Of a DNA stretch of 64,000 nt, positions 16,759-27,800 are shown in pieces. The position numbers and the translations under genes were made by a program. Positions within the stretch are counted from its first letter, which is position 1; each line of letters starts with the position of its first letter. A model generated the notes under the pieces. That model was not told where the DNA came from. It saw only the letters and a program-made list of their open reading frames with translations, and searched no databases. The stretch comes from Clostridia bacterium (GTDB lineage: Bacteria; Bacillota; DULZ01), in assembly GCA_012840125.1 (NCBI GenBank), contig DULZ01000044.1:17975-81974 (forward strand). Direction: 5' to 3'.

Positions 16759-17535
16759 TTATAACCCTTTCACGGCCATCTTGTTCGCCTGATCATGACA
16801 GTTGAGACAGCTGTTGCCGTAGTTCTCCTTGTAGTGCTCGCCCTGCAGGTGAGCTTTGTGCATTGCCAAGCTCAGGGCTAAAGGACTGCCTTCAGCGTGG
16901 CACTGGACACAGGCCGATGCATTGTCGATGGGCAACTGCGGGTGACCCTCGATCTTAGCAATGGTTGCCGCGAGGCTGTAATCCTTGTCGTCGGAGACTT
17001 TCCTGTGACAATCGGTGCATCCGCCCGGTGCTTTGTCCACGGCGGCCACTTCGATAGTCACAAAGTTCGTCCCTTCCGGTGCCAGCTCACCTACCGGTAC
17101 GGTGCCATCTTCCGCCAACTTATGGCAGTGCACACAGGCAACGCTGATGGCTCCGCCGTAATGAGCGGAATGCAGTACCTTTCTCAGGCTCAGATCGCCG
17201 TCCCCATGGCAGGGCTGGCAATCAGACACGGCCTGCACCTGCATTTGCGGGTGATTCTCAATTTTTGCGATGGTATCAGCTACGGTACCATGGCAGTCGG
17301 CACAACCGGCTTTCTCTGCCGAAGATACGAAAACCATGTCCCCGCCTGCACTCGCTTCTTGTTGTTGGGGTTCCTCCGTTGCCGGTTCTTCAGCAGCCGG
17401 CTCTTCCGCGGGCTGTTCTGCCGCCGGTTGCTCCGGTTGTTGGGTGTCAGTCGATTGACCACCGCCACCGCAGCCAACTACCAGGAATAGGGCAAAAATA
17501 GCCATGGTGATAGCCACTAACAGCTTCTTGTTCAA
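16759..17535 (-). CDS. Hexaheme cytochrome c lipoprotein
   Basis: Lipobox LVVG-C; P/E/Q/A-rich linker; six CxxCH (CADCH, CQPCH, CVHCH, CTDCH, CVQCH, CLNCH); TTG start after AAGGAGGTG. Confidence 0.9.
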   Translation of the reverse strand: MNKKLLVAITMAIFALFLVVGCGGGGQSTDTQQPEQPAAEQPAEEPAAEEPATEEPQQQEASAGGDMVFVSSAEKAGCADCHGTVADTIAKIENHPQMQVQAVSDCQPCHGDGDLSLRKVLHSAHYGGAISVACVHCHKLAEDGTVPVGELAPEGTNFVTIEVAAVDKAPGGCTDCHRKVSDDKDYSLAATIAKIEGHPQLPIDNASACVQCHAEGSPLALSLAMHKAHLQGEHYKENYGNSCLNCHDQANKMAVKGL

Positions 17536-17560
17536 GAGCTTCACCTCCTTCCCCCTCCTC

Positions 17561-17614
17561 GTGTGATTAACTTCACACACCTGAATCCTACTCTTTCCAG
17601 GTGCAAATTGTCAA
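17561..17614 (-). promoter_or_regulatory. Sigma-A promoter with an operator over the start site (Rex- or Crp/Fnr-type)
   Basis: TTGACA-N18-TAGGAT, then palindrome GTGTGATTAACTTCACAC (17561-17578). Confidence 0.65.
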
Positions 17615-17737
17615 TCAATATAAGAGGGTGTTTTCTACAGCAAATTGCTAAAAAAGAGAGTATTTAATCCGAAACGGGCCATATTGCTTGTTCAAATTTT
17701 ATTAACAAAATATTAAGGTTTAGGCAATAATTATCCC

Positions 17738-20700
17738 TCAGACCGGTATCGCCTGCCCCAATTGGAAGAAATACAGGTATTTTTCTTTCACGGGCCGGCC
17801 GTAGATTTCCCCCACGGCCCTGGCATATAGTTCCAATTGATGGCGGTAACCTGCCACCACCCGGGACAAGTCATCTTCCCGGACCTGGTCGTTCTTGTAA
17901 TCGATCAGGATGATCCCATCCTCTTCCACGAGCAGGCAGTCGATGATACCCTGCACAATCACTCGTTCCGTTTCCCCTTCGCCCAAGTCCGGGTAAATCT
18001 CCCGGGCGGGTATGCCTAAAGTGAACGCCACTTCCCTTTTCACCTTTTCCGGGGGAGCCGCCGCCAGCTTTTGTCCCAGGGGACTTTGGAAGAAATCCAA
18101 GAAGCGTTTCCATCCCACGGCTTGGGCTTGTTCCGGCGTCAAGAATTCCTCTTCCACCATCTTTTCAATTTGCCGGTTAATTAACTCCTTGGTATCCACG
18201 GCGTGGAAATCCAGGTGCTGCATCACCAAATGCATGGCCGTACCCAGTTCCGCACCTGTCAAAGCCTGGGTCTCCTGCAGGAAACGGGGCCTGGCCGTGA
18301 TGGTGGCCCTGGGGATGACCGGTTGTGCCGCCTCATCCTGAACCTGCAGCCGCCGCTTTAACTCCGTGGCGGAAAGCTTGGCTGCTTTGCCGGCGGAAAG
18401 GAGGAACGGGTAGCGCCAGGTAAGACGACCCGCCAACCCTGCTTCCGCTTCCTTATCCCCTGCTGCCGGTTCCAACGGCTCCAATTTCCTAATCCTATCC
18501 CAGGGCAAACCCGCCAGCTTGTTTTCGCTGCCCGGCACCGGCAAAGGGTGCCCGGCAGGTGTGTCCCAGTAATACACTTGGAACAGGCCCGGCGGGAGAT
18601 GATGAGGGGCGCTTAGGGCAGGTCCCAACCAATCCAAGTAGGACCTGGCTTCCGCCAGCACCGGCAGGGGCAAGAGACCTCCGGCACGGCCCTTTTCCTG
18701 CCACCGCTCCTTCAGTTCTTCCGGTTCCCGGCCGGCCCCGACTAAAATCAATTTTTCCCTGGCTCGGGTCAAGGCCACGTAGAGAACCCGCAGTTCTTCA
18801 GCCAGCATGGCCTTCTGCAGGGCCGCCCTGATACCCCAGTAAGCCATGGTCGGGTATTTGACCCGCAGCTCCAAATCACAGTGCATGGGTCCGAAGCCAA
18901 AGTCCTGGTGCACCAGGGGGGTGCGGTCTAAGTCTTTGAAGTTAAAGCGGCCCCCTAAATTGGCCACGATCACCACCGGGAACTCCAGTCCCTTGCTCTT
19001 GTGAATGCTCATGATCCGGACCACATCATCGCTTTCCCCGTAGGCGCCGGCCAGTCCCAGGTCCTCGTTATCTTCCTGCAGCTTTTCAATGAAGCGCAAA
19101 AAGCGGAACAAGCCGTGCCGGCTGAAGGCATCAAACTCCCTGGCCCGGTCATAGAGGGCATAGAGATTCGCTTTGCGCTGCCGGCCCCCCGGCATGGCCC
19201 CGGCATAATCCAAGAAGGCAGTTTCCTCATAGATCTGCCAGATCAAGCGGCTTAAAGGCCCCTGCCTGGCCAGGGTCCGCCAGCGGTCCAAATTCGTCAA
19301 GAATCCCTCTAATTTCCGCGCCGGCTCCCCATCCGGCGTCCCGGCCATGTAATCCCGCAGTGCGCCCCAGAAACTTCCCCAAGGGCGGTGGAGGCGCACT
19401 TTCGCCAGCTCATTGGTATTTAAACCTACCAGGGGGGAACGGAGCACTGCCGCCAGGGGGATGTCTTGATCAGGGTTGTCAATGATTTGCAGCAGGGAGA
19501 GCATGATGCTTACTTCCGTCGCTTGAAAATAGCCGGTCCCCAGTTCGGCATAAGCGGGAATATTATACCGGTGCAGTACATCCAGCAAAACATTGGCTTT
19601 ATCCCTGGCGCTGCGGAGAAGGATGACTATGTCTTTGAAACGAACGGGACGGTAATCGTTGATGCTTTTATCCCAAACATGGCCGGGGGGCTCTCCCTCC
19701 AGGCCCACCAGCTGCCTGATCCGGTAAGCAATCAGCTGTGCTTCCTTTTCCAGGGCTGTCAGCTCCACTTCCTCCGCAGCCCCTTCACCCTCCTCGCTTC
19801 GGCTCCCGTTGATGACGTGGAATTCCACCGGCCCGGCCACCAAGGGAATCCCCGCCGGCGGTTCCGGATAATGAGCCCGGTAGATCAATTCGGCTTCTTG
19901 GTCGTAATCCAACTCCCCTGTCTTCGCAGTCATGATGCGGCGGAAGATCCAATTTACCCCGTCCACGACTTCCCGGCGGCTGCGGAAATTGGCGGACAGC
20001 AGGATCTTGCGCTGGGGGCTGCCTTCCTGCCGGGCATAAGCCAGGTACTTGGCCAGGAACAGCCCCGGGTTGGCCATCCGGAACCGGTAGATGCTTTGCT
20101 TCACGTCTCCCACCATGAATAATGACGGCAGTGCCCCATCACCGGTGTCCTCGCCGGTCAACACCCGGAGGATGAGATCCTGCAGGTCATTGGTATCCTG
20201 ATATTCATCCACCATGATTTCCCGGTATTGTTGGGCCAGCTCCCGGGCGACGGCGGAGGGCCGTACTTGCCCGGTATCATCGACACGGCACAACAGCTGC
20301 AGGCAGTAATGCTCCAGATCACTGAAGTCCAGCTGCCCCCGCCTGATTTTGGCTTGCCGGTAGGCTGCCATAACATCCCGGAGCAAGGACGCCAGCTCCC
20401 TCACGATGGGGGCCACGGCCAGCAGCTCCTGCCGGTATGCTTCCGGGCCGCGCAGGAAGTATTTTTTCAGCTCTCCCATGGTGTCCTTGGCTTCATCTCT
20501 AAGCTCCTTCACCCGCTCCTTAATCTGTTCATCCACCTGATCCGTCTTTTTGATCCCCTTGAGAGAGGCGTACTTGGTGGCCGCCAGGTACTTCTCCTGC
20601 AGCACGGACCAGGCCAGTCCTTTTTCTAAAGCCGCCAAAAGGTCTTCCAAACCGGCGTATTCCTTACGCAAATTATCCAGGTAAGCCTTGGGCCCTTTGG

Positions 20701-21424
20701 GCAATGCCGCCAGCGCCATGGCCTGCCGGTAAACATCCAGAGCCCCCTCCACCTTGAGGGCTATGGTACCGGTGAGCTCCGGGTACCAGGGCATTTCCTC
20801 CAGGGGCTTCAATGTCTCCTCCTCATAAAAAGCCAAAGCATGTTCCAGCCACCGGTCCGGGAAAGGCTGTGCCCTTAAGAAACGGGCCAGGCGCAGGATT
20901 TCCTCCGCCAGCAACCCCTCCCGCTGGCTGCCGTACATTTCCGCCAGCCGGAAAAAGGTTTCACTGCCCCCGGTGTACCTCTCTTCCAGCACCTGCTCCA
21001 GCACTTCCTGTTCCAACAGGAGGCTCTCTCGTTCGCTCAACACTTGGGCCGCCGGGTCCAGGCCCAGTTCGTAAAAATACCGCCGCACCACACTTAAACA
21101 GAAACTGTGCAGGGTGGAAATCTGGGCTTTATGCAGGAGGGCCAGCTGCCGTTTCAAGTGGTGGTTGGCGGGATCTTGATTTAATGCTTGTGCCAGGGCC
21201 TGCCCAATGCGGGTCCGCATCTCGGCGGCCGCCGCTTCGGTAAAAGTCACCACCAGCAGCCGGTCCAGGTCCAGCGGCCGGACCGGGTCCAGGAGCCGTT
21301 GAATAATTCTTTCCACCAGCACCGCCGTTTTGCCGGAACCGGCAGCGGCCGCCACCAGGATCTTCCTTTCCCGCGCCCGGATGGCTTGCTGCTGCTCCGC
21401 CGTCCACTGCACCGTCTTACTCAT
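17738..21424 (-). CDS. addA: Helicase-nuclease AddA
   Basis: AAAGSGKT, VDEYQD, GDVKQSIYRFR, SIHKSKGLEF, LYVALTRA, nuclease QGIID...IDYK. Confidence 0.97.
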   Translation of the reverse strand: MSKTVQWTAEQQQAIRARERKILVAAAAGSGKTAVLVERIIQRLLDPVRPLDLDRLLVVTFTEAAAAEMRTRIGQALAQALNQDPANHHLKRQLALLHKAQISTLHSFCLSVVRRYFYELGLDPAAQVLSERESLLLEQEVLEQVLEERYTGGSETFFRLAEMYGSQREGLLAEEILRLARFLRAQPFPDRWLEHALAFYEEETLKPLEEMPWYPELTGTIALKVEGALDVYRQAMALAALPKGPKAYLDNLRKEYAGLEDLLAALEKGLAWSVLQEKYLAATKYASLKGIKKTDQVDEQIKERVKELRDEAKDTMGELKKYFLRGPEAYRQELLAVAPIVRELASLLRDVMAAYRQAKIRRGQLDFSDLEHYCLQLLCRVDDTGQVRPSAVARELAQQYREIMVDEYQDTNDLQDLILRVLTGEDTGDGALPSLFMVGDVKQSIYRFRMANPGLFLAKYLAYARQEGSPQRKILLSANFRSRREVVDGVNWIFRRIMTAKTGELDYDQEAELIYRAHYPEPPAGIPLVAGPVEFHVINGSRSEEGEGAAEEVELTALEKEAQLIAYRIRQLVGLEGEPPGHVWDKSINDYRPVRFKDIVILLRSARDKANVLLDVLHRYNIPAYAELGTGYFQATEVSIMLSLLQIIDNPDQDIPLAAVLRSPLVGLNTNELAKVRLHRPWGSFWGALRDYMAGTPDGEPARKLEGFLTNLDRWRTLARQGPLSRLIWQIYEETAFLDYAGAMPGGRQRKANLYALYDRAREFDAFSRHGLFRFLRFIEKLQEDNEDLGLAGAYGESDDVVRIMSIHKSKGLEFPVVIVANLGGRFNFKDLDRTPLVHQDFGFGPMHCDLELRVKYPTMAYWGIRAALQKAMLAEELRVLYVALTRAREKLILVGAGREPEELKERWQEKGRAGGLLPLPVLAEARSYLDWLGPALSAPHHLPPGLFQVYYWDTPAGHPLPVPGSENKLAGLPWDRIRKLEPLEPAAGDKEAEAGLAGRLTWRYPFLLSAGKAAKLSATELKRRLQVQDEAAQPVIPRATITARPRFLQETQALTGAELGTAMHLVMQHLDFHAVDTKELINRQIEKMVEEEFLTPEQAQAVGWKRFLDFFQSPLGQKLAAAPPEKVKREVAFTLGIPAREIYPDLGEGETERVIVQGIIDCLLVEEDGIILIDYKNDQVREDDLSRVVAGYRHQLELYARAVGEIYGRPVKEKYLYFFQLGQAIPV

Positions 21425-24400
21425 GCTGCTCCCCTCCCTTCACTTCCATAGTCATCAACTGCAGCGGCATATCCCCGGCCAGGGGCGGCAAGAGGCGGTA
21501 ATCATTGCCGTCAACGAGACTGTCAAACTGGCAGCAAGGCTTGTAATCGCAGTGCCCGCAGGGTGTCTCGTTTTTCAACCGGTACGGGGCAATGGCCGTC
21601 TTCCCTTGATAAATTTCCCGGGCCAGGTCTTTAATTTTCTTGCGGGTAAAATCCCGCAGCACCGCCAGCTGCTCCTCATCCAGGACTTTGGAGCCTTTGT
21701 AAAACTCACCCTGGGTGGTAAGGCGGATATTGATGAGATCCTGCCCTGCCCCCATGCTTTTGGCCAATTCCTTGTCCTTGAGGATCCAACCTTGCATCTT
21801 CAATGCTTTGCGCAGCTCTTGTTCGGCTTCCTCCCGGCTGGGCGGGTGGTCCAGGCGCAGCACCGGGCTTTGCACGGGAAAATAAAACATTCCCCCGCCG
21901 GAAGGAGGCGCATCCATAAAGTATTGATAATTGCTCAAGGCCACATCCAGGTAAACTGGCAGTTGGAGGGACAGGCCGTAGTAGCACCGGGACAAATCCA
22001 GCTGGCGGCTGCTGCTCTTGTAATCGATCACCCTAAGATAGTACCGGTCTTGGATCCGGGCCGCATCCACCCGGTCGATCCGTCCCTGCAGTTTGATGGT
22101 CACCCCTTCTGCCAGGGGAATCTCCAGGGCCGGCCCGCCTTCCTCACCAAAAGGCAGTTCCACCGCCACCGGCTCAAAAGTCCTCAGCCTGGCATGCCGG
22201 GTCAGCATGGTGACCGCCGTCAATAGATGCTGCTCCACCAGTTTCATCCGGTGCCGGTAGGTGGAAGAGCTTAAAAAGACCCCGTGCTCCATTTCCGGCA
22301 GCAGGTTCTGGCAAATCTCCCGGGTGAGCTCCGCCAGTTCCTCATCGGACAGGTCACCCCAGGCCCGGCCTCTTTCCTTAATCTTGTGCACCAGCACCTG
22401 CAGTGCTTGGTGGTAGAAATTGCCGACTACCAGGGCGTCCACCCGGTATTGTTCCCGCACTTTAAGTTTTAAGCCGTACTGCAGGAAATAGCGGAAGGGA
22501 CAGGCGGCAAAAGTCTCCAGGCGGGAGACGCTGCTGGCAAGCTCCCTTTGGAAAAAGCTTGCCGCCACCGGCTGCTCCAGGGGCTCGGAAGCATTCCGGT
22601 AAAAAAGAGCGGCAACCATCAGCTGCATCCTGGCCCGCAACTCGGGATACTGCAGCAAATGATTATAGACGGTGAACCAGAAGGGAGATATCTCCTCTCC
22701 CCGGGTGACGCTCCGGAACCGTTCCGCCAGGTAGCTGACGGCTTTTTTCCCGTTGACCAGGTAATCCAGGACCGGCCAGTCGTCTTGTCCCGGCTCACCG
22801 GATAAATACTCCAAGGCCAGCTGCGGGAACATGTTTTTCACCTGTTGCACCAGGGGCGACGGCATTAATTCTTTGCCTGTTTCGTCGGCCTTTGGGTAGC
22901 TCAGCCAGAGGTATGCGGAAGGGCGGGTGAAAGCGATATAAGCCAGGAACTGCTCATGGAAAAGAGCCAGCTTGCTGGTGGGAGCCAGCTCCAACCGGTT
23001 CCGGGCCAGTTCTTCCCGCTCGCCGTCGCTGAAAATCTCATCTTCTTTGATCCGGGCGGGGAAAACCCCTTCGTTCAGCCCCAGGATGAAAGCAGCTTTC
23101 AGTTCCGGCTGCCGGGAGCGGTCGGTGGAACCCACCAGTACCTGGTCCAGGGCCGGCGGGATGAGCCCCAGCTTCATGTTTTGCAGTCCTGCCTCCAGGA
23201 TTTTGGCGTATTCCGGCAGGCTCATTTCTTCCCGCCCCAGGGCCGTCACCATCTGATCAAACAAGTCCATCACCTGATCCCATACTTGCTTGTGCTCCAA
23301 GGCTTTCTCCGGCTCACCCCGGTTTTCCGCCTCCCGGCACCAGCGATCCAGGGTTTGCGGCACCCGCAAATCCCGCAGCAGGTCATACAGGCCGGCGGTG
23401 AGCACCTGCACCGGCCAGGTCCCCCGCCCGGCCAGCTGCCGGTAGAACTTTTTCAGGGCGGCCGTCCCCTTCTCCCGCCAGCGGTTAATACGCTCCCGGG
23501 CCTGCTGCCCGGCCCCGGTATCCGCAAAACCAAAATGCCAGGCTTCCTCCTGCAGCCACCGGCTGCCCCTGATCCCATACTGCAAGACATAGTTTTCCAG
23601 CTCGTCCACCTCGTGCCGCTCCATGGGCACCAGGTCCGTTTTCAGATACCGGAACAAGGGCTCGTAGGACCAGTAAGTATTAACGGTTTCCAGGGCGGAA
23701 ATGAGCAGCTCCACCAGGGGGTGGTGGGTGACGGGTCTTTTCATGTCCATGAAAAAGGGAATCTCGTACTCCTGGAACACGGTGGCCACCAGTTCCCCGT
23801 AAAGAGACATGTCGCGCAGGATGACCGCCATATCCCGGTAGCGGTAACCCTTTTCCCGGGCCAAGCGCTGGATCTCCCGCGCCACGCCTTCCACTTCCAC
23901 GCGCCTGGTGGCGGCACTCACCAGCCGCAGGTCGGCCGGGGCGCAGGGATAGGAAGCTTTAGGTTCTTGATAGTGTTTTTCCAGGAATCCCAAGGCAGGG
24001 TTGGTGAACCGTTGAGCCCTTTCCCCGGGCACCAGGATTTTCGGCGCCTCCATGGTTACCTCCAGCTGTTCCGCCAGTTCCACCAGCTTCCGGTAGGTAA
24101 TGAGGGTGGGATGGAATAAATCCATCTCTGCCGCGTCCCCGTCGATGTCTTGCGGGTCCAGGCATAAAGTGATATTGACCTGGCGGCAGTAGCCCATGAG
24201 ACTACCCAGTACCTTCATCTCCTGGGGGGTAAAACCGTTAAAGGTGTCCACCCAAATGCGGGCTTCCTTCAGGGAAGGCGCCAGGGGGATCCGCTCCGAC
24301 AGGAGATTAAGATAATCGTCGGGATCCGTGTGATTAACGGCCAGGGATGCCTCAAAGGCCTCATACAATAAAACCAGGTCATGCAGCTTGCGGGCCAGCA

Positions 24401-24869
24401 CCAGGTCCCCCCGGCCCCCGGCCTTCAACCTGTTATATTGCTCCCGGAGGTGGCTTGGGGTGACGTTATAACTCTTAAACTCCTTGAAGGTACCGGCCAG
24501 TTTGGCCACAAAACCCGGCTCCCTGACCAGGTGATGAAAAATCTGCAGGGATTTTTCCTGCTGCAGCAGCAGGGAGCGCAGGAGCATCGTTTTCCCCAAC
24601 TCGTCCAAATACTGCCGGTTGGTGCCTCCCGCTTCTTGGAAAACCAGCCAGCCCAACCGGCGAAAGCTCATCACCTGGGCCCGCATCAAACCTTCCCTCC
24701 GATGATGGGTCAGGAGGGCTTTCTCCATCTGGAAACTGGCTTGTTCAGGCACCAGCAGGATCAGCGGCGGTCCGTCCACCGGGTCCCTTTGCAGCCAGCC
24801 GGTGATTTCCGCCAGGCAAGTACTCGTTTTGCCGGTCCCTGCCCGGCCTAGGATAAAGCGCAAACTCAC
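21417..24869 (-). CDS. addB: Helicase-nuclease subunit AddB
   Basis: GRAGTGKT, LVPEQ, ACPFRYF, GRIDRVD, IDYKS, C-terminal CGHCDYKPCC Fe-S ligands. Confidence 0.97.
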   Translation of the reverse strand: MSLRFILGRAGTGKTSTCLAEITGWLQRDPVDGPPLILLVPEQASFQMEKALLTHHRREGLMRAQVMSFRRLGWLVFQEAGGTNRQYLDELGKTMLLRSLLLQQEKSLQIFHHLVREPGFVAKLAGTFKEFKSYNVTPSHLREQYNRLKAGGRGDLVLARKLHDLVLLYEAFEASLAVNHTDPDDYLNLLSERIPLAPSLKEARIWVDTFNGFTPQEMKVLGSLMGYCRQVNITLCLDPQDIDGDAAEMDLFHPTLITYRKLVELAEQLEVTMEAPKILVPGERAQRFTNPALGFLEKHYQEPKASYPCAPADLRLVSAATRRVEVEGVAREIQRLAREKGYRYRDMAVILRDMSLYGELVATVFQEYEIPFFMDMKRPVTHHPLVELLISALETVNTYWSYEPLFRYLKTDLVPMERHEVDELENYVLQYGIRGSRWLQEEAWHFGFADTGAGQQARERINRWREKGTAALKKFYRQLAGRGTWPVQVLTAGLYDLLRDLRVPQTLDRWCREAENRGEPEKALEHKQVWDQVMDLFDQMVTALGREEMSLPEYAKILEAGLQNMKLGLIPPALDQVLVGSTDRSRQPELKAAFILGLNEGVFPARIKEDEIFSDGEREELARNRLELAPTSKLALFHEQFLAYIAFTRPSAYLWLSYPKADETGKELMPSPLVQQVKNMFPQLALEYLSGEPGQDDWPVLDYLVNGKKAVSYLAERFRSVTRGEEISPFWFTVYNHLLQYPELRARMQLMVAALFYRNASEPLEQPVAASFFQRELASSVSRLETFAACPFRYFLQYGLKLKVREQYRVDALVVGNFYHQALQVLVHKIKERGRAWGDLSDEELAELTREICQNLLPEMEHGVFLSSSTYRHRMKLVEQHLLTAVTMLTRHARLRTFEPVAVELPFGEEGGPALEIPLAEGVTIKLQGRIDRVDAARIQDRYYLRVIDYKSSSRQLDLSRCYYGLSLQLPVYLDVALSNYQYFMDAPPSGGGMFYFPVQSPVLRLDHPPSREEAEQELRKALKMQGWILKDKELAKSMGAGQDLINIRLTTQGEFYKGSKVLDEEQLAVLRDFTRKKIKDLAREIYQGKTAIAPYRLKNETPCGHCDYKPCCQFDSLVDGNDYRLLPPLAGDMPLQLMTMEVKGGEQHE

Positions 24870-24872
24870 CTG

Positions 24873-27800
24873 CTACCACCCCTTCATCTCCACCGGCACA
24901 CCCCAGGCTTCCAGTTCTTTACGGTGGGACAAGCAAAAGATTTGCCTGTCTCCGGCCAGAGCCTGTAACAGGTCCCGCACCACGGTGAGCCGGTTTTCAT
25001 CATAATTGAGAAAAGGATCATCAAAGATAAAAGGCAAATGGATTGCCCCGGCCAGCAAATCGCCGATGGCCAGCCGTAAGGCCAGGAACAACTGGTCCCT
25101 GGTCCCCTGGCTGAACTGGCCGGGATTTCTTTCCTTCCCTTGTTCCAGCAATTTGACAGAAAAATCCTCCGTGACCACCACTTCCCGGCCGGTGCCGGTA
25201 AAAAGCCGGAAATAGTGAGTAGCTTGCTCCGCCAGCCGTTCCCGGTAGGAGGCGTTATAATCATCGATAGCCGCTTTCAGTTCCCGGTAAGCCACCGCCA
25301 GGACCTCCGCCTCAAAAGCCAGGGCTTGTCTTTGTTCTTCCAGCGCAGCCAGCTCCTCCAGCCCTTGGGCGATATTCAGGGGCCTTTGCCCCTCCAGGTA
25401 ACCTTGCTGCCGCCGGAGTTCCTGGTCCCGCTCTTTCAATTCTTCCTCCTGCCGGGCCAGCTGTTGGATCTCCTCTTCCAACAGCCGGTATTGTTCCTCC
25501 AGCTCCTGCCACCCGGCGCCTTGGGTAAAGGCCGGCAGTCCGGGATGCTGCCGGGCCAGCTGCTGCAGCTGATCCAGGACCAGCCGGGCCTGGTTATCCG
25601 TTTCCAACAGCTTTTGGGCCAATTCCTTCGCATCCTTCACCGCTACGCCGGCTAACAGCCCCTGCCGCTGCCCCTCCAGCTGGCTGAGCCGCTGCCGTTT
25701 CCGTTGAAACTCCGCCCACAAGTCCCCGGTGGCTTTGGGATCGCCGGACCCCGGTGCCAGGTAAGCAGCATAGGTATCTTTCATGCCGGCCATTTCTCCC
25801 GCCACCAGTTCCTTCCTCTCCCGGGCAGCCTTCAGGTCTTGCCCCAGCTGTTCCATGGTCTTGAGCAGGCCGCTTTTTTCTTCCCGGAGCTCCCGGTACC
25901 GGAGGGCATCTGCCTCAACCTGCTCCGGGGAACTGTCCCACCGGTAGGGAGCCACTTTCTCCTGCCAAAAAGCCAGTTTTTCCTCCCACTGTGCCGGTAG
26001 GTCCCCCAGTTCCGCCTCCTTGTTTTGTAAGCCCGTTAACCGGTCATAGACAGCTTGCCACTGTTCACAAGACCGGCGTACAGCCTGCCAAGCGGCCTCA
26101 TCCATCCCGGCCAGCCAGGCCGCCAGTTCCGGCATTTTTTGGCACCGCTGCCCTAAAATACCGGCTAACCGCGCCAGTTTCCGGCACCAAGGAGGCCCTT
26201 CCTCCGGGGCTATCAGGGCCGGATCCCTGCCTTGAAACTCTTCCCCGGTCATCTGGTCGATTTGCCCCTGCAGGGCTTCCGCCCGCTGCTCCAATTCCTT
26301 AAAGGCCGCGAAGGCTTGGGGTAGACTTTCCCCAAAAGCCTCTTCCTGCCTCTTCAGCAAGGCATGGAAATCCTCCAGCTGCTTCCGCGCTGAGACCAGT
26401 TCCCGTTCTAACCCGGCCAAAGCCGCTGCCTCTTCCGGAGCCCTGCCCGGGGTTGCTTTGAAGACAACCCGGGCCAGTACCCAACCGGCCGCGGCACCCA
26501 GGCACCCACCCAGCAGCAGCCCAATCCCTTCGGCGGTCATCCAGCCCAAGACCGCCACTAGGCAAGCCAGGCCGGCGGTGATCAGGAGGGACTTCTGCCG
26601 GCGGGCGGCTGCCGCAGCCTCTTCCCGCCGCCTGTCTTCCCACCGGGCTTCTTGCCATGCCCTCTCTTTTTCTTTGACGCGGGTTTCTAAAGCCAGCTTC
26701 AAGGCCCGGTAATCGGCTAAAGCCTCTTCTTGGGCCCGGGTTAAATCTTTAAAACAAGCGTACCGGGCGCCCATTTCCTCTCGTATAGACGCCAGTTCCT
26801 CCCGGTACTCCTCTATTTTCTGCCATAACCTGAGCAGGCGCTGGGAGGCCGGTACCAGGTTGTCCAGCTCGGTGAGTGGGTGGGGCCCCAGTTCGCCCCA
26901 GGGAGGCAGCTGCGCCAGTTCCCCGGCACAGCGCGCCTGTTCCTCTTTTAATGCCTGCAGGTTATCCAGCAGCGTTCGGTATTCCAGGTGAAGTTTCCGG
27001 CATTCCCGGAAATCCGCCGGCAGGTGGGGTTTTTCCGCAAACACGGCCAGCTCCTCCAGCTGCCGGTCCAGCACCGCTAAATCCTCCCTTTTACCATCCA
27101 GAGCGGTTTGCAGCCGGTGGATTTCCTTTTCCAGCCTCTGCTCCTCCTCTGCCAGGTCCACCAACCGGTCAAGGGCTTCCGGCAGTTCCGCCGGGGCCTT
27201 GAGAAAAGGGGCATACCTGTCCGCCAGCTCGGCTTGTTCCCGGTCCAGGGTCTCTTCCAGCACCCGCAGCTTGTCCCCCGCTTCCCGCAGCTCTAACTGC
27301 CGGGACAGGATCTCCCGGTAGCGTTCCTGCAGCTGCCGGCCCTGGCGCCAGGCTTCTTGGAGCCGTTTTTTCCGGGCCAGGGTTTTACCGGTCCGTTCCA
27401 ATTCCTTTTCCAATTCCGCCCTGGCCGACAAAACGGACTGCAGGCGGTTAACCGTGGCTTCTCCCGCCTCAATTTCCCCTGCCAAGGCTTCCACCCGCTG
27501 CTCAAGTTCCTCCAGGGGCCGGTCTTTGGTACCGTCCCGGGGAAAACCGTACTGCTTCAGGAAACGGGTAAGCCCGCTCAACTCGCTTTTGAGCTGTTCC
27601 AGGGCTTTGCCGAAATGCCCGCCGGAACCGGAGAGCAAGGACTGCACGTGCTCGGAAAGCTGCTCTCCTTCCGGCAGCGGTTGTTCCACGCAAAAGGAAC
27701 TGGTGAATCCTTCGCCGGTGGTGATACCGATCAGTTTTTTCAGGTGCTTGGGGTAAACGCCGGAGTCTTTGAGGGCCCTGGGGTTGTGCTCCCCGCTGAA

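Noticed and set aside
17265-17501. Repetitive DNA suggesting a tandem-repeat locus
   Set aside because: It encodes the low-complexity EQPA/EEPA linker of the cytochrome
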